Origin: Elusimicrobiota bacterium
Lineage (GTDB): Bacteria > Elusimicrobiota > Elusimicrobia > UBA1565 > UBA9628
DNA: 34,935 nt
NCBI GenBank assembly: GCA_027319565.1
Contig: DAHVNA010000022.1
Span: 1 to 34,935 of the forward strand
Direction: 5' to 3'
In this document: one piece after another, positions 25,835 through 34,277 of the stretch
How positions within the stretch are numbered: the first letter of the stretch is position 1
Layout: each line of letters opens with the position of its first letter
Position numbers and translations under genes: made by a program
Notes under the pieces: model-generated
Database searches by the model: none
The model's input: the letters and a program-made list of their open reading frames with translations, nothing else
What the model was told of the DNA's origin: nothing

Positions 25835-25853
25835 CAAATCCAGCCCCCGCAAT
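25835..25853 (+). repeat. 19-bp att repeat at the island right end (displaced tRNA 3' end)
   Basis: CAAATCCAGCCCCCGCAAT, identical to 11823-11841. Confidence 0.95.
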
Positions 25854-25898
25854 AGATTTCCTTTTTATACGAAGCTGCGACAAGAAATGTCAGGACCG

Positions 25899-25926
25899 AC
25901 CCGCCGAGAGGCGGGTTTTGTATTTT
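25899..25926 (+). terminator. Intrinsic terminator, probably the original tRNA terminator
   Basis: ACCCGCC-GAGA-GGCGGGT followed by TTTGTATTTT, 45 nt after the displaced tRNA 3' end. Confidence 0.7.
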
Positions 25927-25935
25927 GGCAATCTC

Positions 25936-27015
25936 ATGACCAAAGATCATTTATTGAGTTCTTACGATTTCCCTTACCCTGAAGAGCTTTTAGCGATGGA
26001 GCCGAGCGCGGTTCGGGATGATTGCCGGCTTTTGGTTTTTGAGCGCGCCACGGACAAAATTTCCCATGCGCGATTTCGAGATCTGGGCGATTATCTCAAG
26101 CCCGGCGATTGCGTGGTTCTCAATGAAACAAAAGTTCTTTCCTGCCGTCTGATCGGGAAAAAAGCGAGCGGGGGAAAAGCCGAGCTTCTCTTAGTTCGGG
26201 AAATAAATCCAGGATTATGGGCGGCGCTGGGTTCCGGTTTTAAAAAAGGGCAAACGCTTCATTTCCCGGCCGGATTGACGGCGGAGGTTGAGGGCCTAAG
26301 CCCCGATGGAGAATATCTTTTGCGGTTCAATCAAGAGGATATTTTGGGTTACATGCGGCGGGAAGGTTTTCCGCCTTTGCCTCCCTATATTCTAAAAAAG
26401 CGTAAAAATAAAAACGGGGCGAATGTTAATGACTCAAAAGACGGGAGTTCTTATCAAACAGTCTATGCCGAACATGCGGGTTCGATTGCCGCTCCGACCG
26501 CCGGCCTTCATTTTACTCCCGAACTTTTATCTCAACTCGAAAAAGCGGGCATTGTCATTTGCCGCTTGACGCTCCATGTCGGCCGCGGCACTTTTAAGCC
26601 GATTGAGGGCCCGGACATCCGCTCCCATCAGATGCTCCCTGAATACTTTCATATTGATCGGGAGAATTTATCGAAGATCCGGGACGCTCAAAAAAGAGGC
26701 GGTCGCATCGTGGCTGTGGGAACGACGGCGACGCGAACACTCGAGACTTTGGCCATGCAAAGAGTTATTTCAGTATCATCTGATCATGCTCAGGACGTTT
26801 CAGAAGTCAGCGGTCTGGCGGATCTCTTCATTTATCCGGGATATGAGTTTCGGGCGGTGTCAGCCTTGATCACGAATTTTCATTTGCCGGAGTCCACGCC
26901 CTTGATTCTCGCCTCGGCAATTGCCGGTCGAGAAAAATTGCTCAGCCTCTATCAAGAGGCGTTTCTTTTGCGCTATCGCCTATTCTCTTACGGCGACGCG
27001 ATGCTGATTTTATGA
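25936..27015 (+). CDS. queA: S-adenosylmethionine:tRNA ribosyltransferase-isomerase QueA
   Basis: VLNETKV, PLPPYI, YQTVYA..GSIAAPTAGLHFT, TLHVGRGTF, TNFHLP, FSYGDAMLI; ATG 25936 preferred over TTG 25918. Confidence 0.96.
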   Translation: MTKDHLLSSYDFPYPEELLAMEPSAVRDDCRLLVFERATDKISHARFRDLGDYLKPGDCVVLNETKVLSCRLIGKKASGGKAELLLVREINPGLWAALGSGFKKGQTLHFPAGLTAEVEGLSPDGEYLLRFNQEDILGYMRREGFPPLPPYILKKRKNKNGANVNDSKDGSSYQTVYAEHAGSIAAPTAGLHFTPELLSQLEKAGIVICRLTLHVGRGTFKPIEGPDIRSHQMLPEYFHIDRENLSKIRDAQKRGGRIVAVGTTATRTLETLAMQRVISVSSDHAQDVSEVSGLADLFIYPGYEFRAVSALITNFHLPESTPLILASAIAGREKLLSLYQEAFLLRYRLFSYGDAMLIL

Positions 27016-28145
27016 GTTTTTCTATTGTCGGGAAAGATTCGCAAACTCAGGCGCGGGCCGGGGTTCTAAAAACCGCCCATGGGGAAGTCGAAACTCCGGT
27101 TTTTATGCCGGTCGCGACCCAAGCTTCCGTCAAAGCGTTGTCCCAGGAAGATTTGGAGTCTCTGGGAACTCAAGCCATCCTCTCAAATAGTTATCACCTT
27201 TATTTGCGTCCGGGGACCTCTATTATCAAAGAAGCGGGCGGGTTGCACCGCTTCATGGACTATCACGGAATGATTTTAACCGATTCCGGCGGGTTTCAAG
27301 TGTTTAGCCAGTCGGATTTGCGGACAATTGACGAACACGGGGTTTCATTTAAGTCTCATATTGACGGAAGTTCTCACCGCTTGACCCCGGAAAAAGTCAT
27401 CGAGATTCAATCGGAATTGGGTTCGGACTGTTGGACGGCTTTGGATGAATGCGCGCCGTATCCATCGGATGAAGCCGCGACGCGCAAAGCGCTTCTCCGC
27501 ACTATGCATTGGTTGGATTTATCCGCGAAGGCTTTCCTTAAAAAGCGCGACGAAGGGTCTTTGGCGCTTTTTTTTCCGATACTCCAGGGTGGATTTTTTC
27601 CGGAACTGCGCTTAAGGGCGGCGGAACACATGTCACAAATTCCGGCCGATGGGATTAGTCTCGGCGGTTTTTCCGTCGGGGAGCCTAAAGATTTAACTTG
27701 GGAAATTTTGGGAAAGACCGTCGAAGCCCTTCCCGCTTCAAAGCCGCGGTATTTGATGGGTGTCGGCACCCCGGAAGATTTATGGAATGCGGTCGCTTTG
27801 GGCGTTGATATGATGGATTGCGTCTGGCCCACACGGGTCGCCAGGAACGGACAGGTGATGATTCGCGCCGGGCGCTATAATATTGGAACCAGCGTTTGCC
27901 GCAGGGATTTTGAGCCCCTTGAGCCGTCGTGTTCGTGTTTTGTTTGCAAACGCTATTCAAAAGCCTATATCTCTCATTTGCACCGAAGCCGCGAGCTTTT
28001 GGCCCATCGCCTAATTTCTTATCACAATATCCATTTGATGTTTACGCTCGCGCGCGAAATTCGTCAAAGTGTTATCCAAGGCGATTTTTCGCAAAAAAGA
28101 CGCGCGTTTTTTGACGGACTTAAAAAAACGCCGCAGTTGGCTTGA
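27012..28145 (+). CDS. tgt: tRNA-guanine transglycosylase Tgt
   Basis: TPVFMPV, YHLYLRPG, TDSGGFQVFS, PRYLMGVG, DCVWPTR, CSCFVC...HN zinc site. Confidence 0.96.
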   Translation: MSFSIVGKDSQTQARAGVLKTAHGEVETPVFMPVATQASVKALSQEDLESLGTQAILSNSYHLYLRPGTSIIKEAGGLHRFMDYHGMILTDSGGFQVFSQSDLRTIDEHGVSFKSHIDGSSHRLTPEKVIEIQSELGSDCWTALDECAPYPSDEAATRKALLRTMHWLDLSAKAFLKKRDEGSLALFFPILQGGFFPELRLRAAEHMSQIPADGISLGGFSVGEPKDLTWEILGKTVEALPASKPRYLMGVGTPEDLWNAVALGVDMMDCVWPTRVARNGQVMIRAGRYNIGTSVCRRDFEPLEPSCSCFVCKRYSKAYISHLHRSRELLAHRLISYHNIHLMFTLAREIRQSVIQGDFSQKRRAFFDGLKKTPQLA

Positions 28146-28197
28146 TAGGCGCCACGAGTTTGGGTTTGATTTAACTCACCTAAGACATTGCCGAACC

Positions 28198-30192
28198 CTA
28201 AGATTGCGGGTGGGGGGCCGAAAGCTGGGAATAGTCCGGTTCTGTTCCCATGTTCCAGAGAGCTTCAAGGTAATCCACCAGAGCCCCGAGATAGGGGTCT
28301 TTGAGATAAACCGTATTCTCAAAATTATGGCGATTTCCGTTCAAGCTCATATTGGTAGATCCAGTCGCGACAATTCCGCCATTTTTCCCGTCTCCAATAA
28401 CGAGTTTGTTGTGAAAAAGCCCGGTTTCCCCGGCTCCGGCGATTACGCGCACCTCCGCTCCGGCATCTTTGACTTTTTTCATGTCGGCAATGGAGGCGGG
28501 ATTGTGGGATTGATGGATGTCGGATAAGACCCGGATAGACAATCCGGAATTAAGCTTTGAGACGATGGTGGACACTAAATCCGGCCAAGGATAAAATCCA
28601 AACATTCCGATGATGGCGTCTTTTTGAGAGGCATTGATAATTTTAGCCCATGCCTCCCCTGTTCCGCCATTGGGCGAGAATGAGGCGATGGGCAGAGAAG
28701 CCCCGTTAAAATTTTGGCCCATATTTGAATCCGTGGGAATGGGACTATTGATGGTAGGTTCTTGCGGGTCCAAATCATCGGAATAAGGCCGCGCCACGCT
28801 TTTGGCCCAATTGAAAAAAGCCTGGTAGAGGGCGATGATTTTTTTGTCGTCGATAAAGACCACATTTTCCCAATTATTTTCTTGGGAATGGGTCGAGTAA
28901 TTATAAGAGCCCGTTTCGAGGATTTGAGAACTGCCAAAGAAATGCGGGACGTTCCAAATCCTGAACTTGGCGTGTTGGATTCCGATGCTGCCCAAGCCCT
29001 TAAGCGCATAAAGCTTTAAATTAGAGTTTCCGGCATTATACTCATCCACCAATTTTTGAAGCTGGGGGCTACGAGATCTGCTTTCTTTTCGTCCCATTTT
29101 TTCAGGGAAAAGATTGGAATAATCGGCGATGATTTCAAATTTCTTTCCCTGCTTAAGGCCTTCAACAATGGAGGCCACATCCTCATCAAGGGTTTCCTCA
29201 TAGAGCATGATCTGGGTCGCGTTCGAGGAGTTGTTTCCTGCGGCGAGGATTGCGGGAATGTCGTCTCCGGTTCCATTGGGCACATTGGGAAACAGCGTTC
29301 TTTTGACGTTTTGGCTGCCGATTTTGATGAGATCGCTGTGGGTGGGAATGAAGATATTAGGAAACTTCATTTGAAGCTGGGATGAGCGAAGGTTGAAATC
29401 GCTTGGAGTCATCACCTTCTGCGTTTCCGCGGATTTTAGCCATAACGGGCCTTTTCTTACCGTGTCAACGTTAAAGGCGGGATCGCTGAGGAGTTTTCCG
29501 GCCTCGGAGTTGTGCCCTGGGTTTTTCCCGCTGGCCCAGAAGGGTTCCAATGTTTTGGCGATATGCTTGTATTGAATAGAAGCGACGGTTTGGGAAAGAT
29601 CGTTTATCTCTTTGGCCTGACTGGGATTACGAACGTAGATTTTCGCTAAGGGGGCTAGGATTTGATCAAGAGATTTCGCTTTTTCAAAGGACTCTTTTGA
29701 CAGGGAAGGGTGCTCGGAATCTTTCGCTAAATTATCCGCATATTTTTTGAGCAATCCCAAAACCTGACCTGTCGATTTTTTTCGCCCTTTTTCCAGTAAG
29801 GACGTAATTTGAGAGAGAAGAACTTTTTGGCGCTCGGGGTTGTTGGATAAAATTAAGGCGTTAAGCTGTCCTTTCAGTTTTGCCTTCGATTTTGAATTAA
29901 GCGCGTTAAATAAAGGCGCTAACAGTCTTTGGCCCTCGGGGGTTGCGGCATCCTTTAAGACTTCAACCCAGCTCGCGGCTTTGGCGTCCTCGCTGTTTAG
30001 ATTAAGCGAAGAATTGGAAGACCAGCTTGATAAGCCTTTAAGAGAAGACGATAGCCCCGATGCGCCGCTTAAAGTAAAGAGCGGTTGGGATAAAAAGCCG
30101 TTTTCCGGAAGGAGGGGCTCTGCGGTTTCCATTGCAGCGGCGGTCAATGGCGCGACGAGGAGGAGAAGGCTAAGGGTCCAATAATTTTTCAT
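28198..30192 (-). CDS. Exported phospholipase D-superfamily protein (Nuc-like, two PLD domains)
   Basis: Signal peptide, long N-terminal region; HAKFRIWN...GSYNYS and HNKLVIGD...GSTNMS motifs, each followed by NxEN. Confidence 0.82.
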   Translation of the reverse strand: MKNYWTLSLLLLVAPLTAAAMETAEPLLPENGFLSQPLFTLSGASGLSSSLKGLSSWSSNSSLNLNSEDAKAASWVEVLKDAATPEGQRLLAPLFNALNSKSKAKLKGQLNALILSNNPERQKVLLSQITSLLEKGRKKSTGQVLGLLKKYADNLAKDSEHPSLSKESFEKAKSLDQILAPLAKIYVRNPSQAKEINDLSQTVASIQYKHIAKTLEPFWASGKNPGHNSEAGKLLSDPAFNVDTVRKGPLWLKSAETQKVMTPSDFNLRSSQLQMKFPNIFIPTHSDLIKIGSQNVKRTLFPNVPNGTGDDIPAILAAGNNSSNATQIMLYEETLDEDVASIVEGLKQGKKFEIIADYSNLFPEKMGRKESRSRSPQLQKLVDEYNAGNSNLKLYALKGLGSIGIQHAKFRIWNVPHFFGSSQILETGSYNYSTHSQENNWENVVFIDDKKIIALYQAFFNWAKSVARPYSDDLDPQEPTINSPIPTDSNMGQNFNGASLPIASFSPNGGTGEAWAKIINASQKDAIIGMFGFYPWPDLVSTIVSKLNSGLSIRVLSDIHQSHNPASIADMKKVKDAGAEVRVIAGAGETGLFHNKLVIGDGKNGGIVATGSTNMSLNGNRHNFENTVYLKDPYLGALVDYLEALWNMGTEPDYSQLSAPHPQS

Positions 30193-30202
30193 TTTAATTT
30201 CC

Positions 30203-31264
30203 TCAATGGTTTTGGTTTCCTGAATTCGCGCTCGAGGTCCCGTTCCCGTCCCAATTGACTTGGTTGAGGATATGAGCCAAGCGCACCCCGGCCATCTGAA
30301 GGCGTTTATTGACGATGGGCCGCATTTGGGCTTGATAACCGTCGGGCAGGATTAAGGGGGTCGCGCTTGACTGGGATCCCCTGGATTTGTAGTAATCGGG
30401 GTAGATCGTGTTTTTTGAGATATTGAAACTTTCCCCGATCGCATTATTGATCGTCGCCTCGACATCGCCAGAAATCCAACTGGCCACCTCGTCTTTGGGC
30501 AAGGAGTCTAAGTCGGCGAGCAATTGCTGGGCCAAGGCGTTCGCGGCCTGAGGCGTCTGGTCCTGCCAGCCTGTCTTGTCGATTAAATCATCCCAAAGCT
30601 CATGCAAGTGTTCGAGTTTCCCTTGGAATTGGACGTTTTCGGTGTTTCCACCGGCGTCGCCGTGATCTTCGGCAGTGTGCATGGGCTGGTGTTCGTCGCC
30701 CACTAAATGAACTACGTAGGACAGCGCGATGATTCTTCTGTCTTTCCAGAGAGTGAGCGCTTCGGCGGACTCAGCCTCCGAGGCCTGCGGGCTTGGAACC
30801 GGCCTTGGGGCGCTTAATTGGGACAGGGCGAATTTGATTTGCGCATGGATGCAGTCTTGAACCGAATCTCCCATGAGTTGCGCGGTGGATCCCGAGGCTT
30901 GCTTGTCGCAATCGGGATATTGATTGAGTTCGTCGGTCGTCGGAGTTTGACTGAGGCTCTCTTCGACAGGGATATTCGTAAAATGCCATGATCCGGTGTC
31001 CGCGTCCTTGGCCAGAGGCCGAGAAAGAAGTCCGCCAAAATCCGTAGGTCCGTAGCGCAGCGTGTCCGGGTAATTTGAAATGCTGGAAAGGCTGACATTG
31101 GAACCGAGAATACCTGAGATAGCCGTTTGAGTTTGCGGATCGAGGCGGGTTTGGGCGATATCGGCAATGGTTTCATGACCTTCCGGCCCCCAACTAAAAG
31201 CCGCGATGGGGCCAAACATAAAAGTCGCCGCTAAGAAGGCGATTCCTACTAACTTTTTTTTCAT
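30203..31264 (-). CDS. Exported S1/P1 nuclease
   Basis: Signal peptide ending AFS/WGPEGH; WHFTN, HLVGDEHQPMH, DAGGN, LHELWD, AGVRLA. Confidence 0.93.
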   Translation of the reverse strand: MKKKLVGIAFLAATFMFGPIAAFSWGPEGHETIADIAQTRLDPQTQTAISGILGSNVSLSSISNYPDTLRYGPTDFGGLLSRPLAKDADTGSWHFTNIPVEESLSQTPTTDELNQYPDCDKQASGSTAQLMGDSVQDCIHAQIKFALSQLSAPRPVPSPQASEAESAEALTLWKDRRIIALSYVVHLVGDEHQPMHTAEDHGDAGGNTENVQFQGKLEHLHELWDDLIDKTGWQDQTPQAANALAQQLLADLDSLPKDEVASWISGDVEATINNAIGESFNISKNTIYPDYYKSRGSQSSATPLILPDGYQAQMRPIVNKRLQMAGVRLAHILNQVNWDGNGTSSANSGNQNH

Positions 31265-34071
31265 TTGGATCTCCCATGGATAATTCTTTCAAGGTCTTCT
31301 CTTTCAAGAGTCTCTTTTTCTAAAAGCTCGGAGACGACATTTTCAAGCGTCTTTTGATGGGCGGATAATAGGGTTTTAGCTTGGCTGAGAGATTCTCCCA
31401 AAATATTTTTAACCGCTTGGTCCATTTCTCGGGCTGTTGTCTCGCTGACTTTGCGTATTCCGGGGGCGTCTATGCCGGAGGTGATAATTCCGACAGCTTC
31501 ATCCATTCCCAGTTTCTCAACCATATTGCGAGCGAGGCGTTCCGCCTGTTCGATATCGTTTCCGGGGCCGGTCGAAGTTTCTCCAAAAATAATTTCTTCC
31601 GCCGCTCGTCCGCCCATGAGGCCGATGAGGCGGTTTTTAAGCTGCGTTTGGGTTAAGAGAAAAACGTCTTCTTCGTTTTCCGGCGCCGGTTCGGCGTAGC
31701 CTAAGGCCTGTCCGCCGTGCGGAATGATGGTTAACTTATTGGCCAAGGGTTGACCGGCGAAAAAGCCCGCAAGGACATGACCCGCTTCATGATAGGCCAC
31801 TCGTTTTTTAATTTCGGGGGATACCGCGAGATTTCGCTCGATTCCGACCGTCATTTTGTCGATGGCCTCATTGAGGTCTTCGGGGGAGACGTCCGTTCTA
31901 TTTTTTCGTACGGCCAATCGCTTGGCTTCTTCGATGATTCCGGCTAATTCCGCTCCGGAAAACCCAGTCGTGCGCCGCACGATGGAGTCGAGATTGACGC
32001 CTGAATCCAAAGAGGCTTTCCCGGCGTGAATGGCAAGAACCGCCTTTCGGCCTAAAGCGTCCGGGTTTCCCACGTATACTTTTCTGTCGAAGCGTCCCGG
32101 GCGGGTCAGCGCCGGGTCTAAAACATCTTCTCTATTGGTCGCGGCGATGACCACGATTCCTTCCGAACCGTCAAAACCGTCGATTTCAGTCAAAAGCTGA
32201 TTGAGGGTTTGTTCTCTTTCGCCATTTCCATTGGAACTCGCGTCTTGGCGGGCTTTTCCCATCGCGTCAATCTCGTCAATAAAGATAATCGAGGGCTTTC
32301 TCTCCCTTGCTTCGCGGAAAAGCTCCCGGACTCGGGCGGCGCCCATTCCGACATACATTTCAACAAAATTGGATCCCGTCATCGGCAGAAAGGCGGCGTC
32401 GGACTCTCCCGCCAATGCCTTGGCTAAAAGAGTTTTCCCCGTTCCCGGAGGGCCGACCAAGAGAATCCCTTTTGGCGGCGTTGCCCCGGCGCGGAGCCAT
32501 TTTTTTGGATTTCTTAAATAGTCGGCGATTTCCTGCACTTCCAAAAGGGATTCATCCACTCCGCCGATATCCGAAAACCGAGCGGAGGGTTTGTCCGCTT
32601 GAATTTTAATTTTTCTGGATTTTGGAGAAATTCCCCCCATACCGCGCCGCATCATAAATACGATGAGCGCGGCTGGCCCAAAAAAGATGAAGATATTCCA
32701 AATCATGTCTTTGGCCGCCGCCCATCCCGACAGCTTGGGCTTTTGCTGGGACTTGATCCATTGCGTCATTAAACTTTCAATTTTCGCGTCATGCCTTTTA
32801 ATTTCCTTTAACTCTTGCTCCCTGGGAGACGCGGGTTTTTTGATCTGAAACGGCGGCGCTTTCGGCGCGGGCGCGGATTTTTGGACATCAACGACGGCTG
32901 CGGGCGTTTTTGGAGACGGTGTTTGGGCGTAGTGAGATAATAAAATAGGGATGCTGGTGCCAATGATAAAGAACGCGATGGTCGCAGCTCTCTTCCAAGG
33001 AATTTGGCCAGTCCATTCCGGTTTTTTGTTTTTCTCCTTCCCTTTTTGGGATGAACCCGCAAACATCTTAAGAGGCGTCGTTTCCCCGAATCGCTTCAGC
33101 GCCCAATTGGCCATGTTGGAAACGGACTGAAGAGAACGGACTTCCGCGATCTTTTTTCCGTCCATGGCCGGAACGTTCGAAAGCCTGTCGATGAGCGGTC
33201 GCAAATCGCTGAGATCTTTGAGTCTCTCAAGGGCCTGGTCTTTTTGCACGGTGCTTAAATCCAAGGCGCGTTCCCCCAGAAATTTTACGGCTTCTCGAGC
33301 GAGGTACCACTCTTGCGGCAAATAGTCTTCTCCGGAATGAGGCTTATGATAAAAATCGAGAATACCCAAAGCCGCGGGAAAAGATTCGGAAAGGGGGGCC
33401 TGCTTAAGAATATCAAAGGCGGCGGAACGGACGACTAACCGCTTTTCGGACGGGTCGTTGAGGATTTCTCGCGCCTTGGCCCAGGCCGCCGCCGGGTTTT
33501 CTTGCGCTAAATTTTTGAGGCGAGAGACAATCTTGCTGACTGGGATGAAAATTTGAGCATCGCTTTGAATGGGAGCAGCAGAGGGGCTCTTGCCTTCTTC
33601 TAAAGGAAGAGACGATTTTGGAGGTGAGTTTTTCCAGGGCAGATTTTTCTGGATATTTTCAAGGAAAAGGCGAGCGTGGCCAAAATGTCCGTTTGCCGCG
33701 GCTTGAGACCCCTGACCGCTTTCCTTATTATTAGGATTATTAGAACTGAGTTTGGAAGCGGCAAAAGCGGAAGCGGGATTTATGTTTTGTGGCGCTAGAG
33801 CGGCGGCGCGGTCTTGAGATGGAATTTTTAGCGAAAAGGCCGCATTTTCTTTTGGAGCATCGGGAATTTTTTCTAAAGAGTTTGGTTGCGAGAAAGACTG
33901 AAGCGAAAGCGTCTCAAGATTAATTTGGAGGGGGGTGTTGCCGAGTCCCGCTTGCGGGATTTGTGAGGGACTTCCTTCTTCGTTGGGGCGAAAAGTCTGG
34001 GCAAAGCCTGTGACAGGAATGAGCGCCGACAAAATAACGGCGAAGGTTTGATTTCTAAGCCTTTGGGGCAT
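31261..34071 (-). CDS. ftsH: FtsH-family ATP-dependent metalloprotease with a long N-terminal extension (probable paralog)
   Basis: GPPGTGKT, IFIDEID, ATNR..LDPALTRPGRFDR, HEAGH, GGRAAEE; two TM helices preceded by about 360 extra aa. Confidence 0.9.
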   Translation of the reverse strand: MPQRLRNQTFAVILSALIPVTGFAQTFRPNEEGSPSQIPQAGLGNTPLQINLETLSLQSFSQPNSLEKIPDAPKENAAFSLKIPSQDRAAALAPQNINPASAFAASKLSSNNPNNKESGQGSQAAANGHFGHARLFLENIQKNLPWKNSPPKSSLPLEEGKSPSAAPIQSDAQIFIPVSKIVSRLKNLAQENPAAAWAKAREILNDPSEKRLVVRSAAFDILKQAPLSESFPAALGILDFYHKPHSGEDYLPQEWYLAREAVKFLGERALDLSTVQKDQALERLKDLSDLRPLIDRLSNVPAMDGKKIAEVRSLQSVSNMANWALKRFGETTPLKMFAGSSQKGKEKNKKPEWTGQIPWKRAATIAFFIIGTSIPILLSHYAQTPSPKTPAAVVDVQKSAPAPKAPPFQIKKPASPREQELKEIKRHDAKIESLMTQWIKSQQKPKLSGWAAAKDMIWNIFIFFGPAALIVFMMRRGMGGISPKSRKIKIQADKPSARFSDIGGVDESLLEVQEIADYLRNPKKWLRAGATPPKGILLVGPPGTGKTLLAKALAGESDAAFLPMTGSNFVEMYVGMGAARVRELFREARERKPSIIFIDEIDAMGKARQDASSNGNGEREQTLNQLLTEIDGFDGSEGIVVIAATNREDVLDPALTRPGRFDRKVYVGNPDALGRKAVLAIHAGKASLDSGVNLDSIVRRTTGFSGAELAGIIEEAKRLAVRKNRTDVSPEDLNEAIDKMTVGIERNLAVSPEIKKRVAYHEAGHVLAGFFAGQPLANKLTIIPHGGQALGYAEPAPENEEDVFLLTQTQLKNRLIGLMGGRAAEEIIFGETSTGPGNDIEQAERLARNMVEKLGMDEAVGIITSGIDAPGIRKVSETTAREMDQAVKNILGESLSQAKTLLSAHQKTLENVVSELLEKETLEREDLERIIHGRSK

Positions 34072-34106
34072 AGATATAGTCTAAACCAATTGCGCGGAAA
34101 CAAACA

Positions 34107-34146
34107 GGGCCAAAAGGCCCAGAGACCTTTGGGTCAAAAGACCTAG
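34107..34146. promoter_or_regulatory. Twin palindromic boxes upstream of the ftsH-paralog operon
   Basis: GGGCCAAAAGGCCCAG (34107-34122) and GGGTCAAAAGACCTAG (34131-34146), 24-bp period. Confidence 0.5.
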
Positions 34147-34187
34147 GATCACCGGGGGGATAATTGAGGATTTGCGCTAAAATTCTC

Positions 34188-34216
34188 TTGACATCGCGTG
34201 CGAGTCCTGCTATTCT
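34188..34216 (+). promoter_or_regulatory. trxA promoter
   Basis: TTGACA, 17 bp spacer, TATTCT with an extended -10 TG. Confidence 0.65.
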
Positions 34217-34277
34217 ATTTGTAGAGAAGTAAGAATGCGTTGCCGCCTAAAATCATCTTCACAGCGAGGTCAATAAA

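Larger units (their letters stand above)
11823..25853. mobile_element. 14,012-bp integrative defence island inserted in the tRNA-fMet 3' end
   Basis: 19-bp direct repeats, recombinase genes at both ends, Xis-like gene, R-M/KAP/nuclease cargo; housekeeping queA resumes right after. Confidence 0.92.

Noticed and set aside
11823..25853. Prophage or conjugative element
   Set aside because: No structural, packaging, relaxase, T4SS or replication genes are recognisable.
25936..28145. queA-tgt as part of a 7-deazaguanine DNA modification (Dpd) defence system
   Set aside because: Both genes lie outside the right att repeat and have canonical tRNA-modifying QueA and Tgt motifs in the usual housekeeping order.
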